A DNA stretch of 63,905 nt, filler included, from Octopus bimaculoides (taxonomy: Eukaryota): assembly GCF_001194135.2 (NCBI RefSeq). It is 9 parts of 8 records of this genome, joined end to end, with 100 filler letters (N's around TTAATTAATTAA, not from the genome) between each part and the next. Parts side by side here need not be neighbours in the genome. Positions count along the whole stretch, not along the records: positions 33,094 to 51,665 come from NC_068983.1; positions 51,766 to 58,895 come from NC_068995.1; positions 58,996 to 63,905 come from NC_068984.1; 6 more parts are not named here. One strand, given 5' to 3'. Below, one piece after another: positions 50,630 through 63,905 of this stretch. How positions within the stretch are numbered: the first letter of the stretch is position 1; each line of letters begins with the position of its first letter. The position numbers and the translations under genes are program-made. The notes under the pieces are model-generated. The model was not told where the DNA came from. It searched no databases and was given only the letters and a program-made list of their open reading frames with translations.

Positions 50630-51100
50630 CTCGAGAAATGTGAAGACGCAGGTTGGAAAGCGGAGCATTTTCCAATCAAAGTTGGATGTAGAGGGTTTGT
50701 AGGACACAGTGTGAGACGACTGCTGTTATCGTTAGGCCTAACTCATCGTAAGGTAAATACCACGAGGAGTTATATCCAAAATACAGTGGAGAAGGCTAGC
50801 CACTGGATTTGGTTAAAAAGAGACGATGAGCGATGGCTAGAGAAATATTGAGCTTTGTTTTAATAACCAGTTGATCTAGCAAGGGGGCCTCATATCAGTG
50901 AGGTGGGGTTGCACATTGATGCCGTCGAGAGGTAGGCCCCGAAACAGCGCGCATTCTCTCCTGATGACCCCATACACTTGCTGGCATCCGGTATGCGGAG
51001 TTCTCGACTGGTAGCACTTGCATATGCGAGTTGTTTGCAAGACATCAAGTGTGTTGATCTAGTTGATCGACTAGTCAATGCCGTCTGCGAGAGAGTATAA
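50630..51100 (+). mobile_element. 5'-truncated RLE-type non-LTR retrotransposon (HERO-like), C-terminus plus 3' UTR
   Basis: KCEDAGWKAEHFPIKVGCRGFVGHSVRRLLLSLG...EKASHWIWLKRDD..W* with the stop at 50849-50851. It is absent from the ORF track because it has no start codon. Confidence 0.8.
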
Positions 51101-51765
51101 TATTTATTCTAAATGATCAAAAGAGGATGTAGGATATTCGTTCTGTAAAGCTAATACATTCATGCATTATACAAATAAGAATGGCTCTAAGTTTCAATTG
51201 TAGTTATAGCAAACCAGCTTCCCTGGATATTTATTTTTTGTGGTGGTGGTGGTGGGGGAAGAATACATCTCTTCGTCACTGAACAAAAAATCCATTCTTG
51301 CTGGCACAAGGCTTTATTACCCAAAATGTAATTATGAACTACTAATTTTCAAAACAAACCCGGCAATAATTCCGTCTGATTTAAAATACGTACAAAGGAA
51401 ATAAAACATTGGAATTGCAAAAATCTTTGCCTAACAGCCTGTGCTTCGTTTAACGTAAGCATACTATGAATAGTATTTGGCGTAGGTTTCTCGTGATACG
51501 TCATGTTTACCTCTATACATTTTATATAACTCGCCACAATATGTCAACAACACAAAGTTTCCATGTTATCAGCTATAGTGGATTTCTCTTCACATAGATA
51601 TGTATATGTGTGTGTGCATGCATATATGTATGTATGTTTGCATGTATATATATATATATATATATNNNNNNNNNNNNNNNNNNNNNNNNNNNNNNNNNNN
51701 NNNNNNNNNTTAATTAATTAANNNNNNNNNNNNNNNNNNNNNNNNNNNNNNNNNNNNNNNNNNNN

Positions 51766-51808
<43 letters not shown>

Positions 51809-52011
51809 ATATGTATATATATATGTATGTATGTGTGTGTGTATGTGTATACAAACATACATTTGTATGTAGAAATATATATGCACATTCATATATAAAA
51901 ATATGTGATTATATATACGTCATCTGAAATTGAGATGTATGCATGGATGTTACACACACACACACATACACACACATTTATCTATCTATGTATTATATAT
52001 ATCTATGTGTA

Positions 52012-52136
<125 letters not shown>

Positions 52137-52479
52137 GCACTCTGCATGTATTGTACACGTACACACTCACACACACACACACGCACAAACCTGCAAACAC
52201 ACACACGTACACACAACGAAAGGGAGTAATGGGGAAGCGCATTTTAGCTAATGTCATATTGAAAACAGTTGGAGACTAGAATGACCGGAAGTGAATGGAA
52301 GGAAATAGGTTTCATATGGGCAAGAGCAGCAGGAACGGTATCTATGTACTAGAGTGCATATTTTATGTGTGTGCATGCATCTGCATGGATATACACGAGT
52401 TGTTATGGTTTGTGTGTATAAAGTTACGTATTTATATATGGTACAGTTATATTTATATATATATATATCATCATAAATA

Positions 52480-52696
52480 TACAGGGATTAGCAATTGAGT
52501 TGCTTCTCCAACATACTGAAAATTTAGAAATAGCAGTCAAAGAACTACTGATTCCAAACTACAAATTTTTCTCTAAAGCGGATGGCGATATTTATGGCAC
52601 ACATAGAACAAAAAATTTTGTAGTTTGGAATCAGTAGTCCTTTGACTGCTATTTCTAAATTTTCAGTATGTTGGAGAAGCAACTCAATTGCTAATC
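52480..52696. mobile_element. Foldback MITE (Tc1/mariner-like start TA|CAGGG), right end lost in a gap
   Basis: Arms of about 85 bp at 52486-52570 and 52611-52696, differing by 1 substitution and 1 indel, around a 40-bp spacer. Confidence 0.7.
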
Positions 52697-53752
52697 NNNN
52701 NNNNNNNNNNNNNNNNNNNNNNNNNNNNNNNNNNNNNNNNNNNNNNNNNNNNNNNNNNNNNNNNNNNNNNNNNNNNNNNNNNNNNNNNNNNNNNNNNNNN
52801 NNNNNNNNNNNNNNNNNNNNNNNNNNNNNNNNNNNNNNNNNNNNNNNNNNNNNNNNNNNNNNNNNNNNNNNNNNNNNNNNNNNNNNNNNNNNNNNNNNNN
52901 NNNNNNNNNNNNNNNNNNNNNNNNNNNNNNNNNNNNNNNNNNNNNNNNNNNNNNNNNNNNNNNNNNNNNNNNNNNNNNNTTTATTTATGTGTATTCATGT
53001 ACTTGTATATAACATTTATCCAAAGCTGAGTACGTGGTTTGGTACTCGGAGTTTCTACTCTGAGTTACCCGAGTAAAAGGAGCGAAAGCTTTGAGTACCA
53101 GCACCTCCTCTAGTGTGAGCTTTGAATAAATGTTATTTCATTCTGGTTTGAGTGCTTCTTCGTTTCAATGCAAGGCTCCCAGGAGAACAAATAATCACCC
53201 CTTCTCTTTTTTTTTATGTCCGTGCATACTAGCCTATCCACATGTAATAACACATGCAGAGACATTCCGATGCACTTCTACTAGCCCATGCATTCATTCC
53301 TGGTTCATTATGCATCTAGTGACACTGAAAAACGCTACATGTACCTTAGCAGCACATGGTCAAACATACTGATACCTGTGCATGTGCACAAACATTCATG
53401 TACATCGGTTTATCGCTATCTCACCTATCATTTTTGGATATGCGACACCTATTGCCTCCCCTTCGCTTCCAGTTATTCCAGCAGCTGACTATTTTAACAT
53501 CACACAAACTACAACGCTTTTCTTTGACACTCGTTCTTTTTTCCATTTCTTTCGAAAGTTTGACAAACGTTGGAAAAAAAAAAGCTGAAATTTGAAGTAT
53601 CAATGATACTTCTACTTTTTTCTTATTGTGCTTATTTGACTTTGTCTTCTGTCATGTTATTTTCGTTTCTATATTTACCCACGCGCGCATCACTCGAGAC
53701 AATGAGTATTATAGAACCCTGTCAGTTCATATTACTAATAATTTCAAAGATA

Positions 53753-54978
53753 CGAGGGGTGTCTGAAAAGTTTTGAGCCTAACCTAGAATCGGGGCTGCT
53801 ATATAGTTGAAACAATTTTTTCTGGTAAGTACAGTCTTTTCGGAGTATTCTTGCTCATTTTCATGATTCTGATATTTTAATGTTTTTTGTTGCAGATTTT
53901 TGAATAAACAAGCTTCGAATTTACAGGGAAAATGGAGAAAACTGAGTATCGTGCTGTCATAAAGTACCTTCATTTGAAAGGCATGACTCCATCAAAAATC
54001 CATGAAGATATGGTGAGAACCTTAACAGACAATGCTCCTTCATATGCAACAGTCAAACGCTGGGTAAATGAATTCAAGCGTGGCAAGGAGAGTGTGGAAG
54101 ATGATCCAAGACCAGGGAGACCTCCAACTGCAACCACCAAGGACAACCTTGACCTTGCTCTTGGTATGATAATGCAAGATAGCCGAGAGACTGGGCATCT
54201 CAACTAAAAGAGCAGACAACATTGTGACAAAAGAACTTGGGTTCTCAAAGGTTTCTGCAAGGTGGGTCCCTCACCTTTTGACTCATGAACAGAAATGCAC
54301 CAGGTGCACTTTGTCCACGAGCAATCTGGAACTGTTTGAAGCTGATGAAGAGAATTTTCGTGCTCGTTTCATTACTATGGACGAAAGTTGGGTTCATTAT
54401 TACCAGCCTGAAACCAAAGAACAATCAAAGCAGTGGAAGCTGGCAAGGTCATGGCGTCCGTTTTTTTTGGATTCTCAAGGTGTCTTGCTGATCGATTACT
54501 TTGAAAAAGGTCACACCATGACAGGGCTGTATTATTCTCAGCTCCTGAAACGCATCCGAGAAGCAATCAAAGAAAAAAGGTCGGGAATGCTCACCAGAGG
54601 AGTCCTTTTTCATCACGATAATGCTCCAGCCCACACCTCAGTAGTTGCCAAGGCAACAATTCGTGATTGTGGATACGAACTTGTTCCCCATCCGCCTTAT
54701 TCGCCAGACTTACCCCCCTCTGACTTTCATCTATTTCCAAAAATGAAAAAATCCCTGGCTGGTCGTCATTTTGCCAGTGATAATGACGTCATAGATGCTG
54801 TAGGAAGTTTCTTGGAGTCCCAAACAAAAGAGTTCTTCTTCACCGGTATAATGGCGCTTCAGCACCGCTGGAGAAAGTGTTCAGCCATCGAGGGGGACTA
54901 TGTTGAAAAATAAATCATCAGAAGTCTTGTACTATGTTTTGTTTTTTTAGAGGCTCAAGACATTTCAGACACCCCTCG
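53753..54978 (+). mobile_element. Full-length mariner element (1226 bp) with 28-bp TIRs and TA TSD
   Basis: TA|CGAGGGGTGTCTGAAAAGTTTTGAGCCT at the left end and AGGCTCAAGACATTTCAGACACCCCTCG|TA at the right end. Confidence 0.95.
53932..54913 (+). pseudogene. Mariner DD34D transposase, disrupted
   Basis: MEKTEYRAVIKYL..., WVPH, ITMDESW, HHDNAPAH and HPPYSPDLPPSDFHLF are present. There is a frameshift or deletion near 54185-54225 and a deletion near 54445. Confidence 0.92.
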
Positions 54979-55094
54979 TACTTAGAGTGGCTGAGCGATC
55001 TTCATCAGATATAGATTGACTTCTATTGCCCGAAATTCTCAACAAAACGATTAGTTCGGTGTATTGCATGTCATTTCTATAAACCCTTCACTTA

Positions 55095-56018
55095 CAGTAC
55101 CGTGCAAAAGTCTTCGGCGACTTTAAACTATTGTAAATTTCTACTAATTGCCAACTTACAAGTGGATTTTCGCATTGCATTTTTTTACAGATGAATCACT
55201 GGCCCTGTTGGAGTCATTTCCATACCTAATCGTTATCTTTTCTAGTAGGGATTCTGAATGAGAGGGGAAGATTCGAGACGACTGCCAAAAATGGCCGGGC
55301 AAAAGTTTTCGGCCACCTCACATAAACCAATCAAAATACCGTGTTTTAAAACAGAATGTCTCTAGTGAAAATGTATTACACAATGTTCATTTCGAGATTA
55401 CTGCACATTGTTGATATTTCGTGTGGCTTCCCTTAGCTTGAATATTTACTTCAATGCACCAGGGAAGGGATTCGTACAAAACCTTCACCACATCCACAGA
55501 CATGAGATGCCATTCTCCCACAACTCTTCAAGATTGCGTGGATTCTTCTGACGAACTCTTCTCTGTTGTTCTGTTCACATTTGCTCGATGATATTTAAGT
55601 CAGGGCTCTGAGCTGGCCAATCTTTCAATACGGCAACGCTTTCATCAACCAGACTCTGTTGTGTTGAGCGTGATCTGTGGTATGGAGCCCCGTCATGCTG
55701 AAAAAGCTCACCTTCATCCAAGTCTGGTATCAAATTGTTCTTTAGCAACTGGATGTATTTGGCACTATTCAAGTTACCGTCAATTTTAATCAACTTTCTT
55801 GAACCATCACTTTTTATGTATCCCAAAAGCCTCAAACTCATACCCCCAAACTTCACTGTTTTCGTCGTGTAAAGTAGGTTGTTTCGCTCTCATGGAGGCC
55901 GTCTGACAAACTCTCGCTTATTAGAAATTAGTAGATGCGAAACATTCACTTATAAGTTGGCAATTAGTAGAAATTTACAATATTTTAAAGTGGCAGAAGA
56001 CTTTTTTTCACGGTACTG
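55095..56018 (-). mobile_element. Internally deleted Tc1 element with about 70-bp TIRs and TA TSD
   Basis: TA|CAGTACCGTGCAAAAGTCTTC...TTGCCAACTTACAAGTG is mirrored at 55947-56018. The DD34E region FQHDGAPYH...DWPAQSPDLNIIE is present and the N-terminal half is missing. Confidence 0.93.
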
Positions 56019-56769
56019 TATTTAGTTTGGTATTTTATTTCGTTTGCTCTCCGTTGAATAGTATATTTTTCTCGTGTCCATATCAATTCTACTGCTCATT
56101 CTTATATCTTCGCCACCTTTAAAAGCATTTCCTTTCAAAGACACATACTTGGCGATGAAGAGAGAAATAACAAGTGTGTGAGTGTAACCTTACAAAAGGA
56201 ATCATGCTCTTTGCACTAGTTTGCACTTGACCGGATTTGCTTATACATGCCGCAAACTTTTGGGTAAAACAATGGATTTTGTGGTCGCCAGTCTATTTCG
56301 AGAAATCTCTAAATATAAAGTCTCTGACTGACTAGTATTCAGTGTTTCTTACTTCATCATTCATGGAGTCTGAGTTATCATAGCATCGAAATNNNNNNNN
56401 NNNNNNNNNNNNNNNNNNNNNNNNNNNNNNNNNNNNNNNNNNNNNNNNNNNNNNNNNNNNNNNNNNNNNNNNNNNNNNNNNNNNNNNNNNNNNNNNNNNN
56501 NNNNNNNNNNNNNNNNNNNNNNNNNNNNNNNNNNNNNNNNNNNNNNNNNNNNNNNNNNNNNNNNNNNNNNNNNNNNNNNNNNNNNNNNNNNNNNNNNNNN
56601 NNNNNNNNNNNNNNNNNCTCCGGAATATATCTTAAGATCCGTTTTGTTAAATGAGCGACAAATTTATTCCAGCTCAGGTATATTCTGAAATATTTTTTAA
56701 GTAAATTTATTTCAAGATATTTCCAATATTTTATACGAATAAGCAGCATCATAAATTTTCATTTAAGTG

Positions 56770-57030
56770 AAAAATGGTACATCATTAAGCTTTCGAAATA
56801 TCCAAGCGAGGTAAAGATATTTTATGTTTTATTATTTCTTTATCAATATCTCCGTACACTTTAGTCTCTACAAAGTTAAGTATGATGTCGAAAAGGTAAA
56901 TCTTGCTAAGTAATTTCCTTTTGGAGAACTGTCGGATTTCCGTATATAATAGAAGTTTCATATATTGTCTATTTCCATCAAAGCAAAACTTCCTGAATAT
57001 ATCATCATATTTGCTGTGTAACAATCACGC
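56770..57030 (-). mobile_element. Decayed non-LTR RT fragment
   Basis: IYLFDIILNFVETK...LDISKA* resembles the RT motif leading into lDxxKAFD. Confidence 0.45.
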
Positions 57031-58049
57031 TAAATAATGTACATGTGGACTCAGCATTAGCTTTTTTTACTACAGAATCTGTACTATAAGCGATGTATTG
57101 CAATGATTCCTAAACATGTTTTTCTTTCAAATATGCTCCGACGCCTTTATATCTTCCGACTATTTCAGGTGGCACTATTAGTTGCACTTGATAACAGACT
57201 TCCTAATGGAACTTTATTTTCATCAAACCAGGATCTTAAAGCGATAAAAATATATTCCCCTGATTTTATTAGTTTCTATGTATTTTACAAACACTGCATT
57301 TTCTTGCAATATTTAGCTTCCATTAACATGAAGTATATACCTCATGAAAGGGAGCTTATTATCGACAACTGTAGCTTCATCAACTTAACTTGAGAAATTC
57401 AATTCAAAGAGTACTGATAAATGAAAGACAGTTCTTTTCTTTTCTTTCTTCCTTTTCTTTCTTCCTTTTCTTTCTTCCTTTTCTTTTTTTTGATTGAGCA
57501 GGCTTTCGGTAAAAGTATAAGATTACTGCTCATCATGGCATTGGTGACATTCTGCACCTCATTTGAAATTATGGAGTCTTGTGCATTGTGTAATTAAAAT
57601 TTTTAAAAAATCGACATTAACAAAGTATTTTTTAAATAATTGAAATTTACAAAAAAGAAATGAGCTTGATATGTCTTTAGAAAAGTTGTGCTGCCGATAT
57701 TCAAAATCTTCAACCTCAAATAAATAATTTTTGTTCTTCTGACATATCTTCAACAAAAACTATCAAATTAGACGTAGTAGGCCAAATAAATGTACTTTCA
57801 ATTTTACAGTGGCACTAGATAGATAAGATACCATTTTTTGACAATCGTGTGAATCATCAGGCTTCTGTCTTAATTAAAATTAATGGTGCTAGTTTGGCTG
57901 CTGAAAAGTACTAAATGCATACTAAGAATAGTAATTACGTTATGATACATTATGACTTTAGCAATGCGAATCAAATATTAAGTTAACGGTAACCTCGTTC
58001 TAGAGAAGTAGATCACGCTTATCTCAACCTTAGAACTTGCAACGATTTT

Positions 58050-58290
58050 AGAGGAAAATTACATTTCTACTTGTGTTATGATATTCTCTTTATCATATAA
58101 GTTTGCCATCACATAAGATTTATTATCATATAAAGAAAATTACATTTATTATTATATTTTTTATAAGTTTAGACCCATATAATATTGTATTATATGCGGA
58201 AAATTACATTTATACACGTATTATGATATTTTCTTTATCATATAAGTTTATCATCATACGAGAGTGTATTATTACATAGGAAAAATTAGA
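58050..58290. repeat. Degenerate tandem duplication of about 146 bp
   Basis: GGAAAATTACATTT...TTATGATATT.TCTTTATCATATAAGTTT starts at about 58052 and 58198. Confidence 0.7.
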
Positions 58291-58840
58291 TTTTTGCAGG
58301 TTATAACCATATCTATACATTATGTATAAGAATTTTTTAAATATAAAAATGCGAACATTCGAAACTATTCTTAAGAAGTACAAGCACTATTTAATTAATT
58401 AATTGATTAATTAATCAATTAATTAGATGAAGTGTCTAGAAAAGTAAAAACGATGTCGTCGACTCCGTACAGAGAATACGGAACGACCAACCAATTCGTT
58501 CCAAACTGATGTTGTGTATCTAATTCCAACTTGTCCTCCTTTTTGAAGATAGTATTGAGACATTTGGAAGAATTTTAGTTGGTATTTCTAACAGGTTAAA
58601 TAAGTTACCCTGTAGAAGTCCATATTTTGGATGAAATCTTAGATTTTTACTGTTGGATAACTGATTAAATTTATTATGCCTCTACTACTCATACGTTTAA
58701 CACATCACACTCACACACACGCACACACACACATATACATACATATATATAAATATGCATTCACACATGCACACACAGATTTATACATGCACATATATTT
58801 ACAAATATATATACACACATACACATATATATATACATAT

Positions 58841-58895
<55 letters not shown>

Positions 58896-58995
58896 NNNNN
58901 NNNNNNNNNNNNNNNNNNNNNNNNNNNNNNNNNNNNNNNTTAATTAATTAANNNNNNNNNNNNNNNNNNNNNNNNNNNNNNNNNNNNNNNNNNNN

Positions 58996-59168
58996 GTTAT
59001 ATCATAGTCATAAGTAATAGTAATACCAGGGTGGCTAGTTATATCATAGTCATAAGTAATAGTAATACCAGGGTGGCTAGTTATATCATAGTCATAAGTA
59101 ATAGTAATACCAGGGTGGCTAGTTATATCATAGTCATAAGTAATAGTAATACCAGGGTGGCTAGTTAT
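58996..59168. repeat. 42-bp minisatellite, 4 perfect units
   Basis: GTTATATCATAGTCATAAGTAATAGTAATACCAGGGTGGCTA x4, abutting a gap. Confidence 0.95.
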
Positions 59169-59727
59169 TTCAGAGGTTTATCTGATAGGTATATCATAGT
59201 AGTTAATTATGTCAGGGTCATATGTAATAGACATGTAATTATACGTAATAATTTAAATTAATCCCCAAGATCTTAAATGTTAATTCATTTTATCGATTCC
59301 GGAATTTCATCTCATGAGATTCCAATTCAGAATGTAAAGGGAGTAACTACGTACCACAAAGAATTTTAATTCCATTCTCTACCGTTTCTGCCAAGCTAAT
59401 AATAATACTCCCTGCATCTCATGAAGTACACACTTCTAAGAGGCCACATGTGCGCGCGCACACATATGATATCTTAGAAAATTACAGACTATTGAAACCA
59501 TGAATAACGTAAGCATTGTCATTAAATGAATGTTCTTCTGTAGTCGATGTGCGTTCGCAAGCACGCGCGCACGCCTGTGTGTGTGTGTGTGTGTACAATC
59601 ATATTTAATATACTCGTAGATATTCGAGTACGTTTCAATCTACATGAACACATTAAATGTGATTGCAAACATACCTATACTTCATTCTTTCAACACCGCT
59701 TAATGCGCTTCTAATACACGCACGCAC

Positions 59728-59761
<34 letters not shown>

Positions 59762-59886
59762 GCTTGCTACTCTGAGTTTTATTTGTGGGCACACAAGATC
59801 CTCAGACAAGGTGTAACTGTGAAACTCGGTAGCAAGAGGCTAACTCCACATTATACATGTATTTGTGTGTAAATACGTATAATTTG

Positions 59887-59935
<49 letters not shown>

Positions 59936-59944
59936 ACCCAATAG

Positions 59945-60290
59945 AAGCAACAAACAGAAAAACGAGATATGCAGCATAAAGAGTATATCCCTTCGCCAGT
60001 TGTCCCTGTCCATCTACTCCGCGTTTCGAAGGCAAGGACAATATGCGACTTCGCTGGAACAGTCCTTCCCGCAAAGCAAATTAAATATAATTTGGGATTT
60101 TTTGCGGGATGGGGGGAAGTGTTAACAAGAGCAGGACAGTAAAAACAATACAGTAAAAACAATAAAAAAAGTGTAAAAACAAGTAAAAACACGTCAGTAA
60201 AAATTAACGGTGAGAGCTGTTGGGCCAAGACGATAGAAAAATAATTATTATGAACGCTAAGTAGAAAAGACAGAAAAGTTCACGTCTGTT
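59945..60290 (-). repeat. Interspersed repeat, copy 2 (see 16075)
   Basis: The reverse complement aligns to 16075-16230. Confidence 0.85.
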
Positions 60291-60719
60291 CTTTAAGAAG
60301 ACCAGTGGGCAACANNNNNNNNNNNNNNNNNNNNNNNNNNNNNNNNNNNNNNNNNNNNNNNNNNNNNNNNNNNNNNNNNNNNNNNNNNNNNNNNNNNNNN
60401 NNNNNNNNNNNNNNNNNNNNNNNNNNNNNNNNNNNNNNNNNNNNNNNNNNNNNNNNNNNNNNNNNNNNNNNNNNNNNNNNNNNNNNNNNNNNNNNNNNNN
60501 NNNNNNNNNNNNNNNNNNNNNNNNNNNNNNNNNNNNGTATGTCATTATTCAATTCATTTCAAGATCAACAACTGGGTATTTTTGTATGTATGTATGTATG
60601 TATGTATGTATGTATGTATGTATGTATGTATGTATGTATGCATGTATGTATGTGCAGATTTGTATATTTTATGTATGTATTCTCATGCATATAGTTGCAT
60701 ATCTAGACATGCTGATATA

Positions 60720-61295
60720 TATCTAAATGATAAACTTCTGGAAAGTTTTACAGATTTTTACAGTTCCAGTGTTGGATTGGATCTGCAGTCTTCGAATTAG
60801 CTTTCTCCTTTCTTGCTTTGAGAAGCCTAATTTCTCAAGATTGGTATTTAGGCAGTGTGTTACATATCCCAGGCTCCCAATAATTACGGTTATAAACCTT
60901 AACTTGTCATCTAAACTTGTAACTGTAGATTTTTCAATAGGTCAGTAGTGTTCTCCTTTTCACTGATCTTCAGCTTTATGTTAACATCCGATGGGCAGCT
61001 GATTTCCACAACTGTGCACAGTTTCTCTTCTCTATCCCAAATCATTATATCAGGTCTGTTGTGTTTACATTTTATTGAGGTCTTCACTGATATAGTCCAC
61101 CAGTATTCCTTTTCATTATGAGTGGCTATGGCTTCTACCATATTGTGGTTTCTTATTTCTTTATTTTCGGTATTATCCTTCCGACGGATTTCATTATAGA
61201 GTGCCCTAGCTACAACATCATGTCTCAGCGGTAGATAATACCGTGATGACAATTTCGGACAACTGCTTATGATGTGCATGATATCTTCAGTGTTT
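60720..61295 (-). mobile_element. RLE-type non-LTR retrotransposon C-terminus (R4/Dong/NeSL-like)
   Basis: EDIMHIISSCPKLSSRYYLPLRHDVVARALY (CCHC region), followed by HNRPDIMIWD...VVEISCP...K..EKE (PD-(D/E)xK restriction-like endonuclease). Confidence 0.88.
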
Positions 61296-61922
61296 GTGTG
61301 TGTGCGCGCGCGTATGTGTGTGTGTGTGTGATATATATATATATATATGTATATAAATATATAAATATNNNNNNNNNNNNNNNNNNNNNNNNNNNNNNNN
61401 NNNNNNNNNNNNNNNNNNNNNNNNNNNNNNNNNNNNNNNNNNNNNNNNNNNNNNNNNNNNNNNNNNNNNNNNNNNNNNNNNNNNNNNNNNNNNNNNNNNN
61501 NNNNNNNNNNNNNNNNNNNNNNNNNNNNNNNNNNNNNNNNNNNNNNNNNNNNNNNNNNNNNNNNNNNNNNNNNNNNNNNNNNNNNNNNNNNNATATATAT
61601 ATATATATATATATATAAATATGCATACAACATCTTATATAGCACCTATAGTGTATAGCAAATGATTATAGAGACCGAATATGTTGTGAGTGAAACATAC
61701 GAAAGACTGTATAGGAAAGTGAGACGACAGTGAATTAAGAGGTCGAAGACCGTTATCATGTGACCGGATATTAGCCACTGATTGAACAGTGGCGAAAAGA
61801 AAGAACTTAAATAAATAAAGAAAGAAAGAAATAAAGAAAAAAAGAAAGCTGAATGTATGTACTGATGGATTTAATGGTATGAATGAAAGAAAAAGCGAGA
61901 AAGACAAAAGGAGAATGAGAGT

Positions 61923-61970
<48 letters not shown>

Positions 61971-61994
61971 TAAATAGAGAGAGAGAGAGAGAAA

Positions 61995-62027
<33 letters not shown>

Positions 62028-62677
62028 GACAGAGGAAGGAAAGAAGATGAGAAAGGAAATACGTTGCTTCTGCTGTTTCGTTGGAACTGAAATTTTCAAG
62101 TGAACCAGATTTGCTGTCGTCGTAATGATTCTTTGCCAAAGAGTGGATATTGCGTTGCCATGTACAATGTATTTGGTGTCGCTTATTAACATATTTAGCT
62201 TTCGCTGCCTCAGACCGTTTAACCATAAAGTGACATAAAAGGAAATGACGCTCTTACATCATCGATCACGTCATGGAAGACGAATGAATCACCTTTTGTC
62301 CTAGAAAAAGGTGTTACGGACAAACATCATAATGGTTAAGTGATGATCTCCATATAAGGCTAAACAGTGTATGACTTTTCATTCACCGACATAACCCTTT
62401 CACACAATTTAGCCCCTTATGTTTTCCAAGTTGCATAAATGTCAGAGTTGCTATCTCCCTATTTCTGAAGGAAATCCAGATTGTAAAATCTATGACACAA
62501 ATATTTGCCGTTGTGTGCCGTTGGTTTTCAGGTAAAAGGCAATGGACTTTGAAAAAAAAACTCACCTAAATACAATATCATATCATAAAGAAAGCTTATC
62601 TCTAAGCTTTTGTTTAAAAATATATATATATGGTAATAATAATAATCCGTGGATGGAATTTATAAATATTTTAGTGC

Positions 62678-62811
62678 ATCGCTACACGCGTTTCCATAAA
62701 TCACATATTTCTTACGATCGTAGTCCGTATTCCTCGGTTGACTACAGCACAGTCCGTAGTATCCATGGACATCGGGTGGATCATGTTTATGTACTCATTT
62801 CATCAGGCGAT
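62678..62811 (-). ncRNA. Hammerhead-like motif with an expanded, offset stem II
   Basis: Minus strand ATCGC-CTGATGA-[about 105 nt]-GAAAC-gcgt-GTA-GCGAT. It has a perfect 5-bp stem I, but the stem II helix CATAAA/TTTATG is displaced 8 nt from the core. Confidence 0.45.
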
Positions 62812-62961
62812 TTAGCATTCACGTTGAAAGCAGCGAATGTATAACTGAAGGTTGTTTATCAATTTTCACCAATGAAAGGATTGATTATGTGGGTATTTAA
62901 GTATTCATATATAAATTTTATTATGTCAAGGGAGAGTCATTATGCAACTCAGATACAAAAA

Positions 62962-63017
<56 letters not shown>

Positions 63018-63905
63018 GTATGTATTTATATATATTTATACATATGTTCCTACATAAGATGTTATGTATGCTTGTGTGTTATGCATGAAATTGCACAATA
63101 CAGACATGATCGTGTGCGGGATCGATTTATCTACTGTTTCCAAATTCCATTGATGAAAGTTTCATCAACCCACAGCTGCTGTAGAATACATATTTTGCCA
63201 AGGCTCCATCCAGTGGGATTTGAACTTGGAACTGCGTTATTCCGAAGCGAACTTTTTAAGCACACCTATCACATAATTGCTCCTATCACATCACCTCTTC
63301 CCCTTCCCTCTATACAATCTCTGATTCCCACTTCCTCACATCGCCTATAAAAGCTGTCGTCTACTGGGGAAATGAGAGCGTTTGTTAGGGAAACTGCAGG
63401 AGTATGTGAGGAGATCGTTAATAAATATCATTCCTGGATATTTGCTATGATAAGGCGGTAGAGGTTATGGGCGTGGTAGACCCCCAGGGTTGAGGTCAGC
63501 AGGGGTGAGATTTTGTAAGGATCAACCGGGAATGGGGAAGCGATAACAAATGAAAAAAGGAAAAAAAAAAAAATCAAAAATACGTTTGGCAATAAATATT
63601 TATTCCTAATTAAATGTCTGTAATGATATGTGTGAGACGGTGTGTATACAGGATGCATATATACCTGTATGCGCATGTGTGTATGTGCCTGTGTATGCAT
63701 GGGTGTACGCAGACGTGCCAGTGATGTTAATTGATTATCGTTTAATCGTTTAATATGACATACAGGACAAGTGTCTGCGCACCTATGTAATACATATATA
63801 CACACAGAAACACACTCACATATATGTGTATACATAAATATATATAAACAAATCGACACGCGTGTTGTCCGTGAATATGTACATATACACACGTGTATAT
63901 ATATA

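Noticed and set aside
50900-50975. Type II hammerhead in the HERO-like 3' UTR (GAAAC...CTGATGA)
   Set aside because: No NUH site with stem III, stem I or stem II pairing could be built.
58996-59168. CRISPR-like array
   Set aside because: There are no unique spacers and the context is eukaryotic; it is a plain minisatellite.

Overview
This is eukaryotic, AT-rich, gappy genomic DNA with extreme microsatellite density. It is most consistent with an octopus (coleoid cephalopod) draft assembly; this is an inference from the SINE families, the microsatellite load and the repeated TTAATTAATTAA spacer inside N-gaps. Most ORFs in the supplied track are microsatellite or gap artefacts. The window is mainly intronic or intergenic and filled with mobile-element debris: tRNA-derived SINEs, a CR1/L2-like LINE end, two RLE-type LINE ends, Penelope-like elements (PLEs), a full-length mariner, an internally deleted Tc1, Tigger and mariner remnants, and foldback MITEs. 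There is one near-canonical tRNA-Asn(GTT) flanked by a perfect 23-bp direct repeat. A plausible plus-strand gene starts with a signal-peptide exon (43190-43277) followed by a frame-compatible 27-nt microexon (44778-44804). The most notable signal is a set of type I hammerhead-ribozyme motifs found by hand folding (3694+, 4277-, 28981-, 37246-, 49312+, with weaker ones at 34105- and 62678-). One of them carries a compensatory U3:A8 core pair and sits at the apex of a 142-nt hairpin. No database searches or folding programs were run, so all family names come from motif recognition.
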